From assembly GCA_964434665.1 (NCBI GenBank), contig CAYSVX010000001.1, positions 33,050 to 97,049 of the forward strand: a stretch of 64,000 bases of DNA, read 5' to 3'. Under the pieces are notes generated by a model that had not been told where the DNA came from, did not search any database, and saw only the letters and a program-made list of their open reading frames with translations. Each line of letters starts with the position of its first letter. The stretch's first letter is position 1. Position numbers and translations under genes: made by a program. Positions 45,890-56,199 of this stretch are shown piece after piece. This stretch comes from an uncultured Anaerolineaceae bacterium (lineage in GTDB: Bacteria > Chloroflexota > Anaerolineae > Anaerolineales > Anaerolineaceae).

Positions 45890-47887
45890 ATGGCTAAGAT
45901 CGATCTGGAAAAAGCATTAAATACAATCAGGTTTCTCTCGGCAGACGGAGTGCAGAAAGCAAATTCTGGTCACACCGGTCTTCCTATGGGCACTGCAGCA
46001 CTTGCCTACACGCTATTCATGCGGCACATGCACTACAATCCGGTAGATCCGACATGGTCAAACCGTGATCGTTTTGTCCTTTCAGGTGGGCATGGCTCCA
46101 TGCTGCTTTACAGCATGCTGTACCTAACTGGTTATGATGTTTCGATGGACGACTTGAAACAATTTCGTCAGTGGGGTTCCAAAACGCCAGGTCATCCGGA
46201 ATGGGGACATACGCCGGGAGTCGAAACAACAACAGGTCCTCTCGGGCAAGGTTTTGCGAGTGGAGTCGGGATGGCAATCGCCGAGCAGCACCTGGGCGCC
46301 ATTTTTAACAAACCTGAACACAAAATTGTTGACCACTACACCTTTGGGATCGTAACTGATGGCGACCTGATGGAAGGCGTCAGTTCGGAAGCTGCATCAC
46401 TCGCAGGGCATCTGAAACTCGGAAAACTGATTTACCTGTACGATGATAACAAGATAACTATCGAAGGTTTTACGAAAATAACATTCACCGAAGATGTCGC
46501 AGCACGATTCGCTGCTTACGGGTGGCATGTGTTGAGAGTTGAGGATGGAAATAACGTCGACGCAATTGACGCGGCAGTTGAGGAAGCAAAAAAGGACCCC
46601 CGTCCCTCGCTCATCCTCTGCCGCACGATTATCGGTTACGGTCTTCCAACCAAAGCGAATACTTCCGGTATCCATGGCTCGCCAGCGGGCAAGGAAGAAT
46701 TAGCCAAGGCTAAGGAAAATGTTGGTTGGCCTGTTGAACCCATGTTTTATGTTCCAGAAGACGCATTGGAACATTTCCGAACCCGTCTTGAAGCCGGCAA
46801 AAAGGCTCAGGATAAATGGGTTCGTACTTATGAGCAGTATAAAAAGGCTTATCCAGAGCTTTCAATTGAGTTTGAACGCAGGCTGAGCGGTAAACTGCCT
46901 AAAGGTTGGGAAAAGAGTCTGCCGGTATTCCCTGCGAGCGAAAAAGGTTTGGCATCGCGGGAAGCCTCCGGAAAAGTCATCAACGCGATAGCAGGCGTGC
47001 TGCCAGAGCTGTTTGGCGGCTCGGCAGACCTGGCATCCTCAGTCAAAACCTGGATGGATAAGGTACCCGCGTTCAGCCCTGAAACCCCGGAGGGTCGAAA
47101 TGTGCATTTTGGAGTCAGGGAAATTGCGATGGGCGCGATCGGTAATGGTTTGCATGTATATGGCGGAATCATTCCATATGTTGCTACCTTCCTGGTTTTC
47201 TCAGACTATGCCCGGGGATCTCTGCGCGTAGCCTCTTTGTCCAAAATGGGCGTGGTCTGGGTCCTTACACATGACTCCATTGCAGTCGGAGAAGATGGTC
47301 CCACCCATCAGCCAATTGAGCATGTAATGAGTTTACGCTTGATCCCCGATTTGATCGTCCTGCGACCTGGTGATGCCAATGAAGTTGCGGAATCGTGGAA
47401 GTACGCCGTCGAACATCGTGATGCTCCAGTTGCCTTAATCCTTTCAAGACAAAACTTACCCACCTTCGACCGAAAGGTTTGCAACCCTGCCAAGGGAGTA
47501 GCAAAGGGTGGATATATCCTTTACGAATCTGAAGCGGGTACACCGGACATCATCTTGCTGGCAACCGGCTCCGAGCTAAGCCTGGCTTTTGACGCTGGAA
47601 AGAAGCTTGAGAAACAAGGTCGAAAGGTGCGGGTTGTATCCTTCCCCAGTTGGGAATTGTTTGAAAAGCAATCAAAGAGGTACCAGCAGTCTGTACTGCC
47701 CGCCGAAGTAAAACGGCGAATATCGATAGAAGCCGGAGTTACTACGGGCTGGCAGAAATATGTCGGTACTGAAGGTGTTGCAATTGGCATCGACACGTTT
47801 GGCAAATGTGGTCCAGGTGAGATCGTGTTGGAAAAATTTGGCTTTACTGTAGACAATGTTGTGAAGTTAGCGCGTAAGCTCTTTTAG
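45890..47887 (+). CDS. tkt: transketolase
   Basis: [39 protein letters not shown]. Start ATG 45890 follows GGAGG. Confidence 0.93.
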   Translation: MAKIDLEKALNTIRFLSADGVQKANSGHTGLPMGTAALAYTLFMRHMHYNPVDPTWSNRDRFVLSGGHGSMLLYSMLYLTGYDVSMDDLKQFRQWGSKTPGHPEWGHTPGVETTTGPLGQGFASGVGMAIAEQHLGAIFNKPEHKIVDHYTFGIVTDGDLMEGVSSEAASLAGHLKLGKLIYLYDDNKITIEGFTKITFTEDVAARFAAYGWHVLRVEDGNNVDAIDAAVEEAKKDPRPSLILCRTIIGYGLPTKANTSGIHGSPAGKEELAKAKENVGWPVEPMFYVPEDALEHFRTRLEAGKKAQDKWVRTYEQYKKAYPELSIEFERRLSGKLPKGWEKSLPVFPASEKGLASREASGKVINAIAGVLPELFGGSADLASSVKTWMDKVPAFSPETPEGRNVHFGVREIAMGAIGNGLHVYGGIIPYVATFLVFSDYARGSLRVASLSKMGVVWVLTHDSIAVGEDGPTHQPIEHVMSLRLIPDLIVLRPGDANEVAESWKYAVEHRDAPVALILSRQNLPTFDRKVCNPAKGVAKGGYILYESEAGTPDIILLATGSELSLAFDAGKKLEKQGRKVRVVSFPSWELFEKQSKRYQQSVLPAEVKRRISIEAGVTTGWQKYVGTEGVAIGIDTFGKCGPGEIVLEKFGFTVDNVVKLARKLF

Positions 47888-47904
47888 AAATCAGGAGTGA
47901 ATTA

Positions 47905-50655
47905 ATGAACCGATCTCAAGTTCTAAAACAATCAGGGCAATCAGTCTGGTACGATAACATCGAACGCGGCATGTTGGTGGACGGTGAAATGGCGCGCATG
48001 ATCAAAGACGGGGAAGTCTATGGAGTTACTTCCAACCCCAGTATCTTTGAGAAATCCATCAGCAGCAGTGCGGCATATGATGACACGCTACAATCAATGG
48101 CATGGGCAGGGTTGACCAGAGAACAAATTTACCTCGAACTGGTTCGTGAGGATATCCAGGCAGCAGCAGATCTCTTTAGACCTGTGTATGAAGCCACCGA
48201 CGGTTTGGACGGCATGGTGAGTGTGGAAATTAACCCTCTGCTGGCGCATGACACCGAAAAGTCCATCGAGGATGGTCGTGCGTTGTGGGCTCAAATGAAC
48301 CGCAAAAATGTCATGATCAAGGTGCCTGCCACCAAGGCTGGATTACCGGTGATCGAGGCGTTGATCAGCGAAGGTATCAACGTCAATGCGACCCTTATTT
48401 TCTCAATTCCCCGGTATCTCGAGGTGATGGAGGCTTACCTTGCTGGTCTTGAGAAGCGTTTGTCCGAAGACCTACCAATAGATCATATCGCGAGTGTCGC
48501 CTCGTTTTTTGTTTCACGGATTGACACGCTGGTGGACAGCCGTCTTGAAGAGTGCTCTGATTGCAACGCTCAGGCAGCCGATCAGGTTGTAGCTTTGGCT
48601 GGGGTCGTCGCGGTTGACAATGCCCGGCTGGCATATCAGGAATTTTTGAAGTTTTTCGCTTCTGAACGCTTCGATGCCCTAAAAGCGCACGGTGCCCAGG
48701 TACAGCGTCCGTTGTGGGCGTCAACCGGCACCAAGAACAAGGCTTATTCAGACACATTGTACGTGGATGAATTGGTAGCCGCAAATAGCGTCAACACTAT
48801 TCCACCCGCGACGTTGGATGCGTTTCTTGACCACGGTCACACCGATGTCATGATTGAACACGACTTACAGCGGGCAACTGACACTTTTAACCTACTCCCT
48901 GAATTGGGTTTTGACTTTATCCATATTGCCCAGGAGCTTGAAGACAAAGGTGTTGAGCAATTCATGCAGGCTTATACCTCGCTGCTTGACACAATTGAAA
49001 CAAAACGCGCCTTCTTCAAGGCTGAGCTCCAAGATTTGGGGGATGCAGTCCGTGCCGCTGTCAAAAAAGCAGCCGATGAGATCTACGTAGGAAGTTTGTT
49101 CGACCACGAACCCTCTTTCTGGACAAAGGACTCATCCGGGTACGATGAAATTCGCGAGCGCTTGGGCTGGCTAAACCTGCCAGGTCAGCAATTCGCGCTG
49201 GTTGAAGAGTTGAGTGCTTTCAAGGACTCGTTACTGGCAGAAGGATATGAACATGCTTTTGTTTTAGGCATGGGCGGGTCATCTCTGGCACCGGAAGTGA
49301 TGAGCCAGGCAATTGCACCGGCAGGAGGCAAAGGTTTGAGACTTCAAATCATTGATACCACCAGCCCGGATGAAATTGCCTTCCGTCTGCGTGATGTGGA
49401 CCTTAAAAAGACAATCTTCATCGTGTCGAGTAAAAGCGGCGGAACCAGTGAAACAATGTCGGCGGTAAAGTACTTCTGGGCGGAATTGGAAAAGCTTGGT
49501 GTTGATAATGTTGGTCAGCACTTTATTGCAGTTACTGATCCAAATACATCTTTACAGGATCTGGCTCACAGAAAAGGCTTCCGAAAGGTGTTCAATGCCC
49601 GCCCGGATGTCGGCGGAAGGTATTCCGTATTCACTCATTTTGGTTTGGTTCCCGCAGCGCTAATGGGTATAGACCTGCAGAAACTGCTCGCGCAAGGCAA
49701 TGCCTCTGACCTTCAGAGCCGCAAAAACGTGCCTTATCCAGCCAATCCCAACCTGATGCTGGGCTTGGTGCTGGGAGAGGCGGCAAAACGCGGAAAAGAC
49801 AAGTTAACCTTCATCGCTGAAAGTTACGCGGGAAGCCTGGTGCCGTGGCTTGAGCAGCTGATTGCTGAAAGCAGTGGCAAGGAAGGTGTTGGAATACTCC
49901 CGATTGAAAACGAACCTGCCTTGCAGGGGCAAAACTATCCTGAGGACAGAATCTTCGTCTACTTCAAGACCGACAGCAGCAAAGCTGGGCTGGTAAAGGA
50001 ACTAAAGCAAGCCGGGCATATTGTGTTGACCATCGCCATTCCGGAACCGTACGCGCTTGCGAAGGAATTTTATCGGTGGGAGTATGCCACTGTGGTTGCT
50101 TGCGCGGTGCTTCAGGTGAACGCTTTTGATCAGCCAAATGTGCAGCTCAGTAAAACGATTGCCAAGGACGTGATCAACGCTTATCAGAAGAGCGGCAAAC
50201 TCGAAGATGGAGAACCTATTTGGGAAAACGAAGAGGCTTTCGTGTATGGCTTCAGAAATGAAGAGGCTCTGAAAGAAACCACGCTTGAATCTTTGCTGCT
50301 CGCTTATGCCAGGGCAGTTCCAGAAAAAGGTTACATAGTTCTGAGCGGTTTCATTCCGCGTCTGGAGGAAAACTTTGCATTCCTTCAAGCGCTGCGGGCT
50401 AAGATTCTGAACACATTCAACAAAGCAACCACTCTTGGATTTGGACCACGCTTCCTGCATTCCACCGGGCAACTACATAAAGGCGGTCAACCTGGTGGAT
50501 TGTTTATTCACTTCACCAAGGACGCCGACATCGATTTTGAGATACCCGGGGAAGGCATGAGTTTTGCCACGCTGCAAAGGGCGCAAGCATTGGGAGATCT
50601 TCAGGCATTAGTCCAAAAAGACCGCGATTCCCTCAGGGTTCACCTGAAAAGGTAA
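47905..50655 (+). CDS. bifunctional transaldolase / glucose-6-phosphate isomerase fusion
   Basis: N-terminal half has GQSVWYDNI, TSNPSIFEK and IKVPAT (Schiff-base Lys). C-terminal half has LGMGGSSLAPEV and SKSGGTSET (PGI). 916 aa. Confidence 0.88.
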   Translation: MNRSQVLKQSGQSVWYDNIERGMLVDGEMARMIKDGEVYGVTSNPSIFEKSISSSAAYDDTLQSMAWAGLTREQIYLELVREDIQAAADLFRPVYEATDGLDGMVSVEINPLLAHDTEKSIEDGRALWAQMNRKNVMIKVPATKAGLPVIEALISEGINVNATLIFSIPRYLEVMEAYLAGLEKRLSEDLPIDHIASVASFFVSRIDTLVDSRLEECSDCNAQAADQVVALAGVVAVDNARLAYQEFLKFFASERFDALKAHGAQVQRPLWASTGTKNKAYSDTLYVDELVAANSVNTIPPATLDAFLDHGHTDVMIEHDLQRATDTFNLLPELGFDFIHIAQELEDKGVEQFMQAYTSLLDTIETKRAFFKAELQDLGDAVRAAVKKAADEIYVGSLFDHEPSFWTKDSSGYDEIRERLGWLNLPGQQFALVEELSAFKDSLLAEGYEHAFVLGMGGSSLAPEVMSQAIAPAGGKGLRLQIIDTTSPDEIAFRLRDVDLKKTIFIVSSKSGGTSETMSAVKYFWAELEKLGVDNVGQHFIAVTDPNTSLQDLAHRKGFRKVFNARPDVGGRYSVFTHFGLVPAALMGIDLQKLLAQGNASDLQSRKNVPYPANPNLMLGLVLGEAAKRGKDKLTFIAESYAGSLVPWLEQLIAESSGKEGVGILPIENEPALQGQNYPEDRIFVYFKTDSSKAGLVKELKQAGHIVLTIAIPEPYALAKEFYRWEYATVVACAVLQVNAFDQPNVQLSKTIAKDVINAYQKSGKLEDGEPIWENEEAFVYGFRNEEALKETTLESLLLAYARAVPEKGYIVLSGFIPRLEENFAFLQALRAKILNTFNKATTLGFGPRFLHSTGQLHKGGQPGGLFIHFTKDADIDFEIPGEGMSFATLQRAQALGDLQALVQKDRDSLRVHLKR

Positions 50656-50674
50656 AGGAGAAAGTAATCGAAAA

Positions 50675-50708
50675 AAGGCAGTGGTTCACACCATTGCCTT
50701 TTGTTTTA
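50675..50708 (+). terminator. rho-independent terminator after tal-pgi
   Basis: AAGGCAGTGG-ttcaca-CCATTGCCTT (one G:U pair) followed by TTGTTTT. Confidence 0.6.
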
Positions 50709-50793
50709 ATCTCTGGGCAAACCATTGATCGGAACCCAAGGGTAATTCATTGTATAATTTTTGAAGTTGATTGGTGAGAAACGGACCTGAAAT

Positions 50794-51228
50794 TTGAAAA
50801 TTCTTGGAGTTGACCACGGAAACGTGAGAATTGGGATCGCGATCAGCGATGAAAGCTGCAGCCTGGCGCGGCCGCTGACCATCATCCTGCATACTTCCAG
50901 GGCAAAAGATGCGGAAGAAGTATGCCGGATTGCTCAGGAAGAGGGCTGCGGCAAGATCATAGTTGGGTTGCCGTATGATTCTGACGGTGGTGAAGGTCCT
51001 AGAGCGCGATCGGTACTGCGTTTTGTAGAGCAGTTAAGTTCTACCTGCTGTGTGCCTGTTACGACCTGGGATGAATCTTTTTCCACCCAAAATGTGATTT
51101 CCACCAGCGTGCAGATGGATAAGAGCCGTAATTCACGGCGACAACCGCTTGATGACAAGGCTGCTGCATTGATCCTGCAGAATTATCTGGACCATTGTCC
51201 GCGGACTCCTGAGGATGAAAGTGACTAG
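50794..51228 (+). CDS. ruvX: Holliday junction resolvase-like nuclease RuvX (YqgF)
   Basis: (M)KILGVDHGNVRIGIAISD. TTG start. 144 aa. Confidence 0.85.
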   Translation: MKILGVDHGNVRIGIAISDESCSLARPLTIILHTSRAKDAEEVCRIAQEEGCGKIIVGLPYDSDGGEGPRARSVLRFVEQLSSTCCVPVTTWDESFSTQNVISTSVQMDKSRNSRRQPLDDKAAALILQNYLDHCPRTPEDESD

Positions 51229-52348
51229 AAGGCGCAAGTCCGTTTTCCCTCTCATGTTCCTGCTTGTGGCTACAACAATGGCAGTCGGGTTGTTCTTTGT
51301 GAATTACAAGACCAGGGAAATTTACGGTTTTCCTGGCAAATCTGTAAGTTCTTTTTCGGCATTGAAGACAGGGCTGGTGCTTTTACAGGGCAGGGATGTG
51401 ATGTTGTATGTTGCGCCGGGCAATGGTCTGCGCGAAGAAAAGGTGCAGGTTGAACCAGACCAGTCTGTCCAGCAGCTTTGCGCAACCCTGGAACAAAGAA
51501 ATTTGGTTGCTTCGGGCAGTCTGACTTGCGCCTACCTCATCTATTCAGGAAAAGATCGTGGAATCCAACCTGGCAACTACACTGTCCCTATGGGCTTAAA
51601 CGCGATCGAAATAGCCGACCTGATCTCTGATGTCTCCCGACGGGATAAACAGTTCATCATTTACGCTGGTTGGCGGCTGGAAGAAATCGCAGCGATGATC
51701 GATGGGCTGGGTTTTCAGTTTACAGCGTCTGATTTTCTGACATTAGTCACCGCACCGCCGGACACTTACAGGGAGCAACTTCGAATTCCACCCTGGCAGT
51801 CATTGGAGGGTTACTTTTTTCCTGGAAATTACAGCATGAAACCTGACATTACGTTGCAAGACTTTGTTGCCGATATCCTTACTCGTTTCCTGATGACAGT
51901 TGTCACAGATGCGTTTGAAATAGACTTACAAAACAGCGATTTGAGTTTGCACCAGGCGGTCACGTTGGCATCCATCATCCAAAGGGAGACCCTTGCCGAA
52001 GAGGAGATGGCGACGATTGCATCCGTGTTCCATAACCGGCTGGCAATTAGTATGCTGCTCGAAACAGACCCGACCGTCCAGTATGCTTTAGGGTATGACG
52101 CGCAAAAAAACACATGGTGGCAAAGTCCGTTGACTTATACCAATTTAGAGGTTAATTCGCCGTATAATACATACCGTAATCCAGGCTTGCCACCAGGACC
52201 AATTTCCAACCCGAGCCTTGCAGCTCTTAAGGCAGCAGTCGCTCCAGCACAAACGGATTATCTTTTCTTCAGAGTAAAATGTGATGGCAGTCTGACACAC
52301 AACTTTTCAAAAACTTATGAAGAACACTTGAATTTTGGGTGTAACTAA
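51215..52348 (+). CDS. mltG: endolytic murein transglycosylase MltG (YceG-like)
   Basis: N-terminal TM segment, LASIIQRET with the catalytic Glu, and SPYNTYRNPGLPPGPISNP. Overlaps ruvX by 14 nt. Confidence 0.85.
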   Translation: MKVTRRRKSVFPLMFLLVATTMAVGLFFVNYKTREIYGFPGKSVSSFSALKTGLVLLQGRDVMLYVAPGNGLREEKVQVEPDQSVQQLCATLEQRNLVASGSLTCAYLIYSGKDRGIQPGNYTVPMGLNAIEIADLISDVSRRDKQFIIYAGWRLEEIAAMIDGLGFQFTASDFLTLVTAPPDTYREQLRIPPWQSLEGYFFPGNYSMKPDITLQDFVADILTRFLMTVVTDAFEIDLQNSDLSLHQAVTLASIIQRETLAEEEMATIASVFHNRLAISMLLETDPTVQYALGYDAQKNTWWQSPLTYTNLEVNSPYNTYRNPGLPPGPISNPSLAALKAAVAPAQTDYLFFRVKCDGSLTHNFSKTYEEHLNFGCN

Positions 52349-52359
52349 AAGGAGGAGAA

Positions 52360-53109
52360 ATGCAGGTTTTAGGGATTGATATCGGGGGTTCAGCCACAAA
52401 AGGTGCGATCGTGGATACGGAAACCGGTCTTTTGGTTTCGGAACGGGTTCGGATTGCCTATAAGACCATTCAAGAACCAGCAGTTATTGTCAAAAGCATC
52501 AATAAGATCAAGAAAGAACTCAATTATGAAGGTCCAATTGGGGCGGGTTTCCCTGGCGTGGTGAAACACGGTCAGATCTTTACCTCTGCCAACCTGCACA
52601 AGGACTGGATTGGAAATAACCTGGAAACGCTGATCAAGGAAAAGACCGGGCAGCCTGCGTTGGTCCTGAATGATGCCGACGCAGCTGGATTGGCTGAGAT
52701 GCGTTTTGGCGATGAAGCACTGAAACAGTACGATGTGGTCATGTTCCTGACAATCGGTACAGGTTTGGGCACAGCCTTATTCGTGGAAGGCAAGTTGATG
52801 CCAAACACAGAGCTCGGTCACATTGAGATTCGCGGAAAGGAAGCAGAACATCGTGCCTCCGGTGCGGTCAAGACCAAAGAAAAATTGTCTTGGAAAGAGT
52901 GGGCATCCCGTTTTAATAACGTTCTGCTCACCTACGAAGCACTGCTCAATCCCGAAATCTTTGTTCTTGGTGGCGGCGTCAGCGCCGATTTTGACAAATA
53001 TTCAAAATATTTCACGACCGAAGCTCCGGTTGTTGCCGCGAAGTTGCAGAATTTGGCGGGTATCGTGGGTGCCGCGATGGCAGCTCACGAGAAGTATTCA
53101 CAATCGTAG
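52360..53109 (+). CDS. ppgK: ROK-family polyphosphate/ATP glucokinase
   Basis: GIDIGGSATKGA, NDADAAG, ELGHIEIRGKEAEHRAS. Confidence 0.82.
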   Translation: MQVLGIDIGGSATKGAIVDTETGLLVSERVRIAYKTIQEPAVIVKSINKIKKELNYEGPIGAGFPGVVKHGQIFTSANLHKDWIGNNLETLIKEKTGQPALVLNDADAAGLAEMRFGDEALKQYDVVMFLTIGTGLGTALFVEGKLMPNTELGHIEIRGKEAEHRASGAVKTKEKLSWKEWASRFNNVLLTYEALLNPEIFVLGGGVSADFDKYSKYFTTEAPVVAAKLQNLAGIVGAAMAAHEKYSQS

Positions 53110-53111
53110 AC

Positions 53112-53148
53112 AAAAAAGAGGCTGAAATTCTCGTTTCAGCCTCTTTTT
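53112..53148. terminator. bidirectional rho-independent terminator (ppgK / malQ convergent)
   Basis: AAAAGAGGCTGAAA-ttctcg-TTTCAGCCTCTTTT, a 14-bp stem with A- and T-runs on both sides. Confidence 0.75.
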
Positions 53149-53164
53149 GACCCTCTATCAAACC

Positions 53165-54724
53165 TTAGTGCGGTTGGACTGCACCGCTGGTTTCTGCTTT
53201 GTGCGCTTGTGAGTTTCGGGCAATTTCCTTCTCCGGCAAACGGCTGTAGAGGAAGTTGAGCTGATAGACCTGATCTTTTAGCTCGCTGCTAAGTGCCCGT
53301 TTCGGCATTCGCCAGGACCAGTTTCCTGACGCGCAGCCAGGCAAATTCATCCGCGCTTCAGAACCCAGTCCAAGGAAATCTTGCATCGGCGCGATCGCAA
53401 AATCCGCAACTGATCGCCAGACTTCCCTGATCATCCTGTGGGGAACTTCAGTTTCATTTGCTCCGAGGTAATCCAAACAGAATTTCTTTTCTTTTAGGGT
53501 GGCATGATCAAACCACCCTTGGGCGGTTTCGTTGTCATGCGAGCCGGTATATGCAAAGCAATTGACTGGGTAGTGGTGCGGCAGGAAGTCGTCCTGCGGA
53601 TCGCCAGAGAAGGCAAACTGGAGAATTTTCATTCCGGGAAAACCAAACCCATCCCGCAGTTCTTCCACATCAGGAGTAATGACTCCGAGGTCTTCAGCAA
53701 TGATTGGCAGGTCCGGGAAATGTTTCTGCAACGCTGTAAACAATTCAAGCCCTGGACTCTTTTTCCATTCACCTTTAATCGCGTTTTCAGACCCGAAAGG
53801 CACATGCCAGGCACCCGCAAATCCGCGAAAGTGATCGAGTCTGACCAGGTCCACCATGGAAAGCACTGCGCCAAGGCGGCGAGCCCACCAGTCATAGTTT
53901 TGCTGCGCATGAACCGGCCAATTGTAGAGGGGGTTTCCCCAAAGCTGACCGGTAGCCGAGAAGTAATCTGGGGGAACTCCAGCAACCATAGTGGGTGAGA
54001 GCGATTCATCCATCAAAAAGAGCTGGGGATTCGCCCAGGTATCAGCACTATCGAAGGCAATCACAAAAGGCATATCGCCGATGATTCGAATCTCTTTTTC
54101 ATGGGCGTAATTCTTCAAGTTTTGCCATTGTTGATTAAAGAGGAATTGGCTGAACTTTACCTTCTCAATGACAGTTGCTAACTCTAAACGAACCTGCTCC
54201 AGAGCCGTAAATTCCCGGAATTTCAACGCTTTTGGCCAGTCTGACCAGGATTGACCACCCTGGGATTCTTTGATTGCCATAAACAGACCGTAGTCATCCA
54301 ACCAATTTGAATTTTCCCTTTTGAAATGCTCAAATTGATCGGCAATTTCAGATGATTGTAAGGTTAGAAAATTGTTGAATGCGGTATCCAAAAGATGGCT
54401 TTTCCACTGGATAACTGGACCAAAATCCACCGTATTTTCAGGAAATTCCTGTCTCTGACGCAAATCAGAGGTTTTTAACAAGCCTGATTCAAGCAGCAGA
54501 ATTGGGCTGACAAGGTAGGGATTCCCAGCGAAAGCGGAGAAACATTGGTATGGTGAATCGCCGTATCCAGTCGGTCCAAGCGGCAGGATTTGCCACAGTT
54601 GGGTACCAGAGGCGTGCAGAAAGTCAATCCAACGATAGGCTTCCGGACCCAAATCGCCTATTCCATCCGGACCGGGAAGGCTGGTGGGGTGGAGTAAAAT
54701 ACCAGAAGAACGAGGAAGATTCAT
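53165..54724 (-). CDS. malQ: 4-alpha-glucanotransferase (amylomaltase, GH77)
   Basis: RSSGILLHPTSLPG, GDMPF, VRLDHFRGF, IAEDLG, YTGSHDN. Confidence 0.9.
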   Translation of the reverse strand: MNLPRSSGILLHPTSLPGPDGIGDLGPEAYRWIDFLHASGTQLWQILPLGPTGYGDSPYQCFSAFAGNPYLVSPILLLESGLLKTSDLRQRQEFPENTVDFGPVIQWKSHLLDTAFNNFLTLQSSEIADQFEHFKRENSNWLDDYGLFMAIKESQGGQSWSDWPKALKFREFTALEQVRLELATVIEKVKFSQFLFNQQWQNLKNYAHEKEIRIIGDMPFVIAFDSADTWANPQLFLMDESLSPTMVAGVPPDYFSATGQLWGNPLYNWPVHAQQNYDWWARRLGAVLSMVDLVRLDHFRGFAGAWHVPFGSENAIKGEWKKSPGLELFTALQKHFPDLPIIAEDLGVITPDVEELRDGFGFPGMKILQFAFSGDPQDDFLPHHYPVNCFAYTGSHDNETAQGWFDHATLKEKKFCLDYLGANETEVPHRMIREVWRSVADFAIAPMQDFLGLGSEARMNLPGCASGNWSWRMPKRALSSELKDQVYQLNFLYSRLPEKEIARNSQAHKAETSGAVQPH

Positions 54725-54748
54725 AAAGAAAATCCTTTCAGTGACTGG

Positions 54749-56191
54749 TTACGCAAGAAGTTTGCGATAGACATCAAGATATTTACCCGCGGACAGCTTC
54801 CATGAGAACCGCGCGCTCATCGCGTTGCGGCGCATAATCGCCCAGGAAACCTTATCCTCGAAGACCTCCAACGCAAGTTTGAGCGCTTGCTGTAATCCTT
54901 TTTCATTCTTTTCTGCATAAAGGAAACCGGTTGCAGAAGCTGGGTCAGCGGAGTAATCGAGAATGGAGTCTGCCAAGCCGCCCGTACTGGTGGCGAGAGG
55001 AAGATTACCATAACGCATCGCGAACATTTGCGAAAGACCGCAGGGTTCATAAAGACTTGGCATCAGGAAAATATCACCACTTGCGTATAGCATGCGCGCT
55101 ATCACATCGTCATACTTCAGAATCGAAGCAATTCTATCGGGGTATTGAGCGCTGAGCTCGCCCGCCAACCGTTCGAGCTCCGGATCGCCTGTACCCAAAA
55201 GCGCGAATTGCCAGGGCTGATCAATGAGAGTTGGAAGAACCTTGAGGATGCTGGGAATGCCTTTTTGACGGTCCAGCCTGCTGACAGTCGTAAGCAGGGG
55301 AATGTCCGGATTGATTTCAAACCCGAGTGCTTTTTGCAGGTCGAGTTTGTTTTTGAATTTGCCTTCAATGTTATCAAGGCTGAAATTGCTTGAAATCGCC
55401 TCATCAGTTGCTGGATTCCATTTGGATTCATCGATTCCATTCAGGATTCCCATGACTTTGTCCGAATGTAGTTGCAAATAATCATCAACGCCACAGCCAT
55501 ATTCGGGGGTGAGGATTTCCCGCGCGTAATTTGGTGAGACAGCAATAAACTTATCCGCAGCAGAAAGCCCCATTGGAAGTGGGGTAAATTTTGCCCAATC
55601 AGGCAGGTCAGGATCGCTGCTGGGTTCCAAACCCAGAGCAATCATTGCTTCCTGGGATCCCCAGCCGTTAAACGGCAGGTTGTGAACCGAAAGAATGGTT
55701 TTCACTCCAGCAAAAAATGGATCTTCTGAATAGGTAGTCTTCAGGGCGTGTACTGATAGAGCAGTGTGCCAATCGTTGGCATGCAGCAAGTCGATCTTCC
55801 AATCCAGGTAACGCACAGCTTCCAAAAGCGCCAGGGAGAAGGTGACATATTTCATGCCATCAAGCACCCAGTCACCGTGGTAAACCGGTGAATCGTGGTT
55901 GATAAATTCGTTGTCAAGCAGGTAAACCGGCACGCCACTAATCTCGCTGACGTATAAGTCAGTAGAAATGGAGCGGCCATTGACCTCAAACGAAAAGTTA
56001 CCGATGAGGCGGTGAGGTGGATTCTTTTTCTTTACAGCGGCATGAAAAGGCATGATGAGGCGAATATCCAGGGCGTCGGCTGCCAGATCTCTCAGCGCAG
56101 GAGGAAGAGCACCAGAAACATCTCCCAACCCACCCACTTTGGCGAATGGGGCGACCTCAGCGGAGGCAAATAATACTTTGATCGGGTCCAT
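54749..56191 (-). CDS. glgA: glycogen synthase
   Basis: MDPIKVLFASAEVAPFAKVGGLGDV. The start is set at ATG 56191, 6 nt after GAGGA. The track start at 56203 overlaps the upstream TGA as ATGA. Confidence 0.9.
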   Translation of the reverse strand: MDPIKVLFASAEVAPFAKVGGLGDVSGALPPALRDLAADALDIRLIMPFHAAVKKKNPPHRLIGNFSFEVNGRSISTDLYVSEISGVPVYLLDNEFINHDSPVYHGDWVLDGMKYVTFSLALLEAVRYLDWKIDLLHANDWHTALSVHALKTTYSEDPFFAGVKTILSVHNLPFNGWGSQEAMIALGLEPSSDPDLPDWAKFTPLPMGLSAADKFIAVSPNYAREILTPEYGCGVDDYLQLHSDKVMGILNGIDESKWNPATDEAISSNFSLDNIEGKFKNKLDLQKALGFEINPDIPLLTTVSRLDRQKGIPSILKVLPTLIDQPWQFALLGTGDPELERLAGELSAQYPDRIASILKYDDVIARMLYASGDIFLMPSLYEPCGLSQMFAMRYGNLPLATSTGGLADSILDYSADPASATGFLYAEKNEKGLQQALKLALEVFEDKVSWAIMRRNAMSARFSWKLSAGKYLDVYRKLLA

Positions 56192-56199
56192 TCTTATCC

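Noticed and set aside
53504-53998. 164-aa plus-strand ORF
   Set aside because: It is antisense to malQ.
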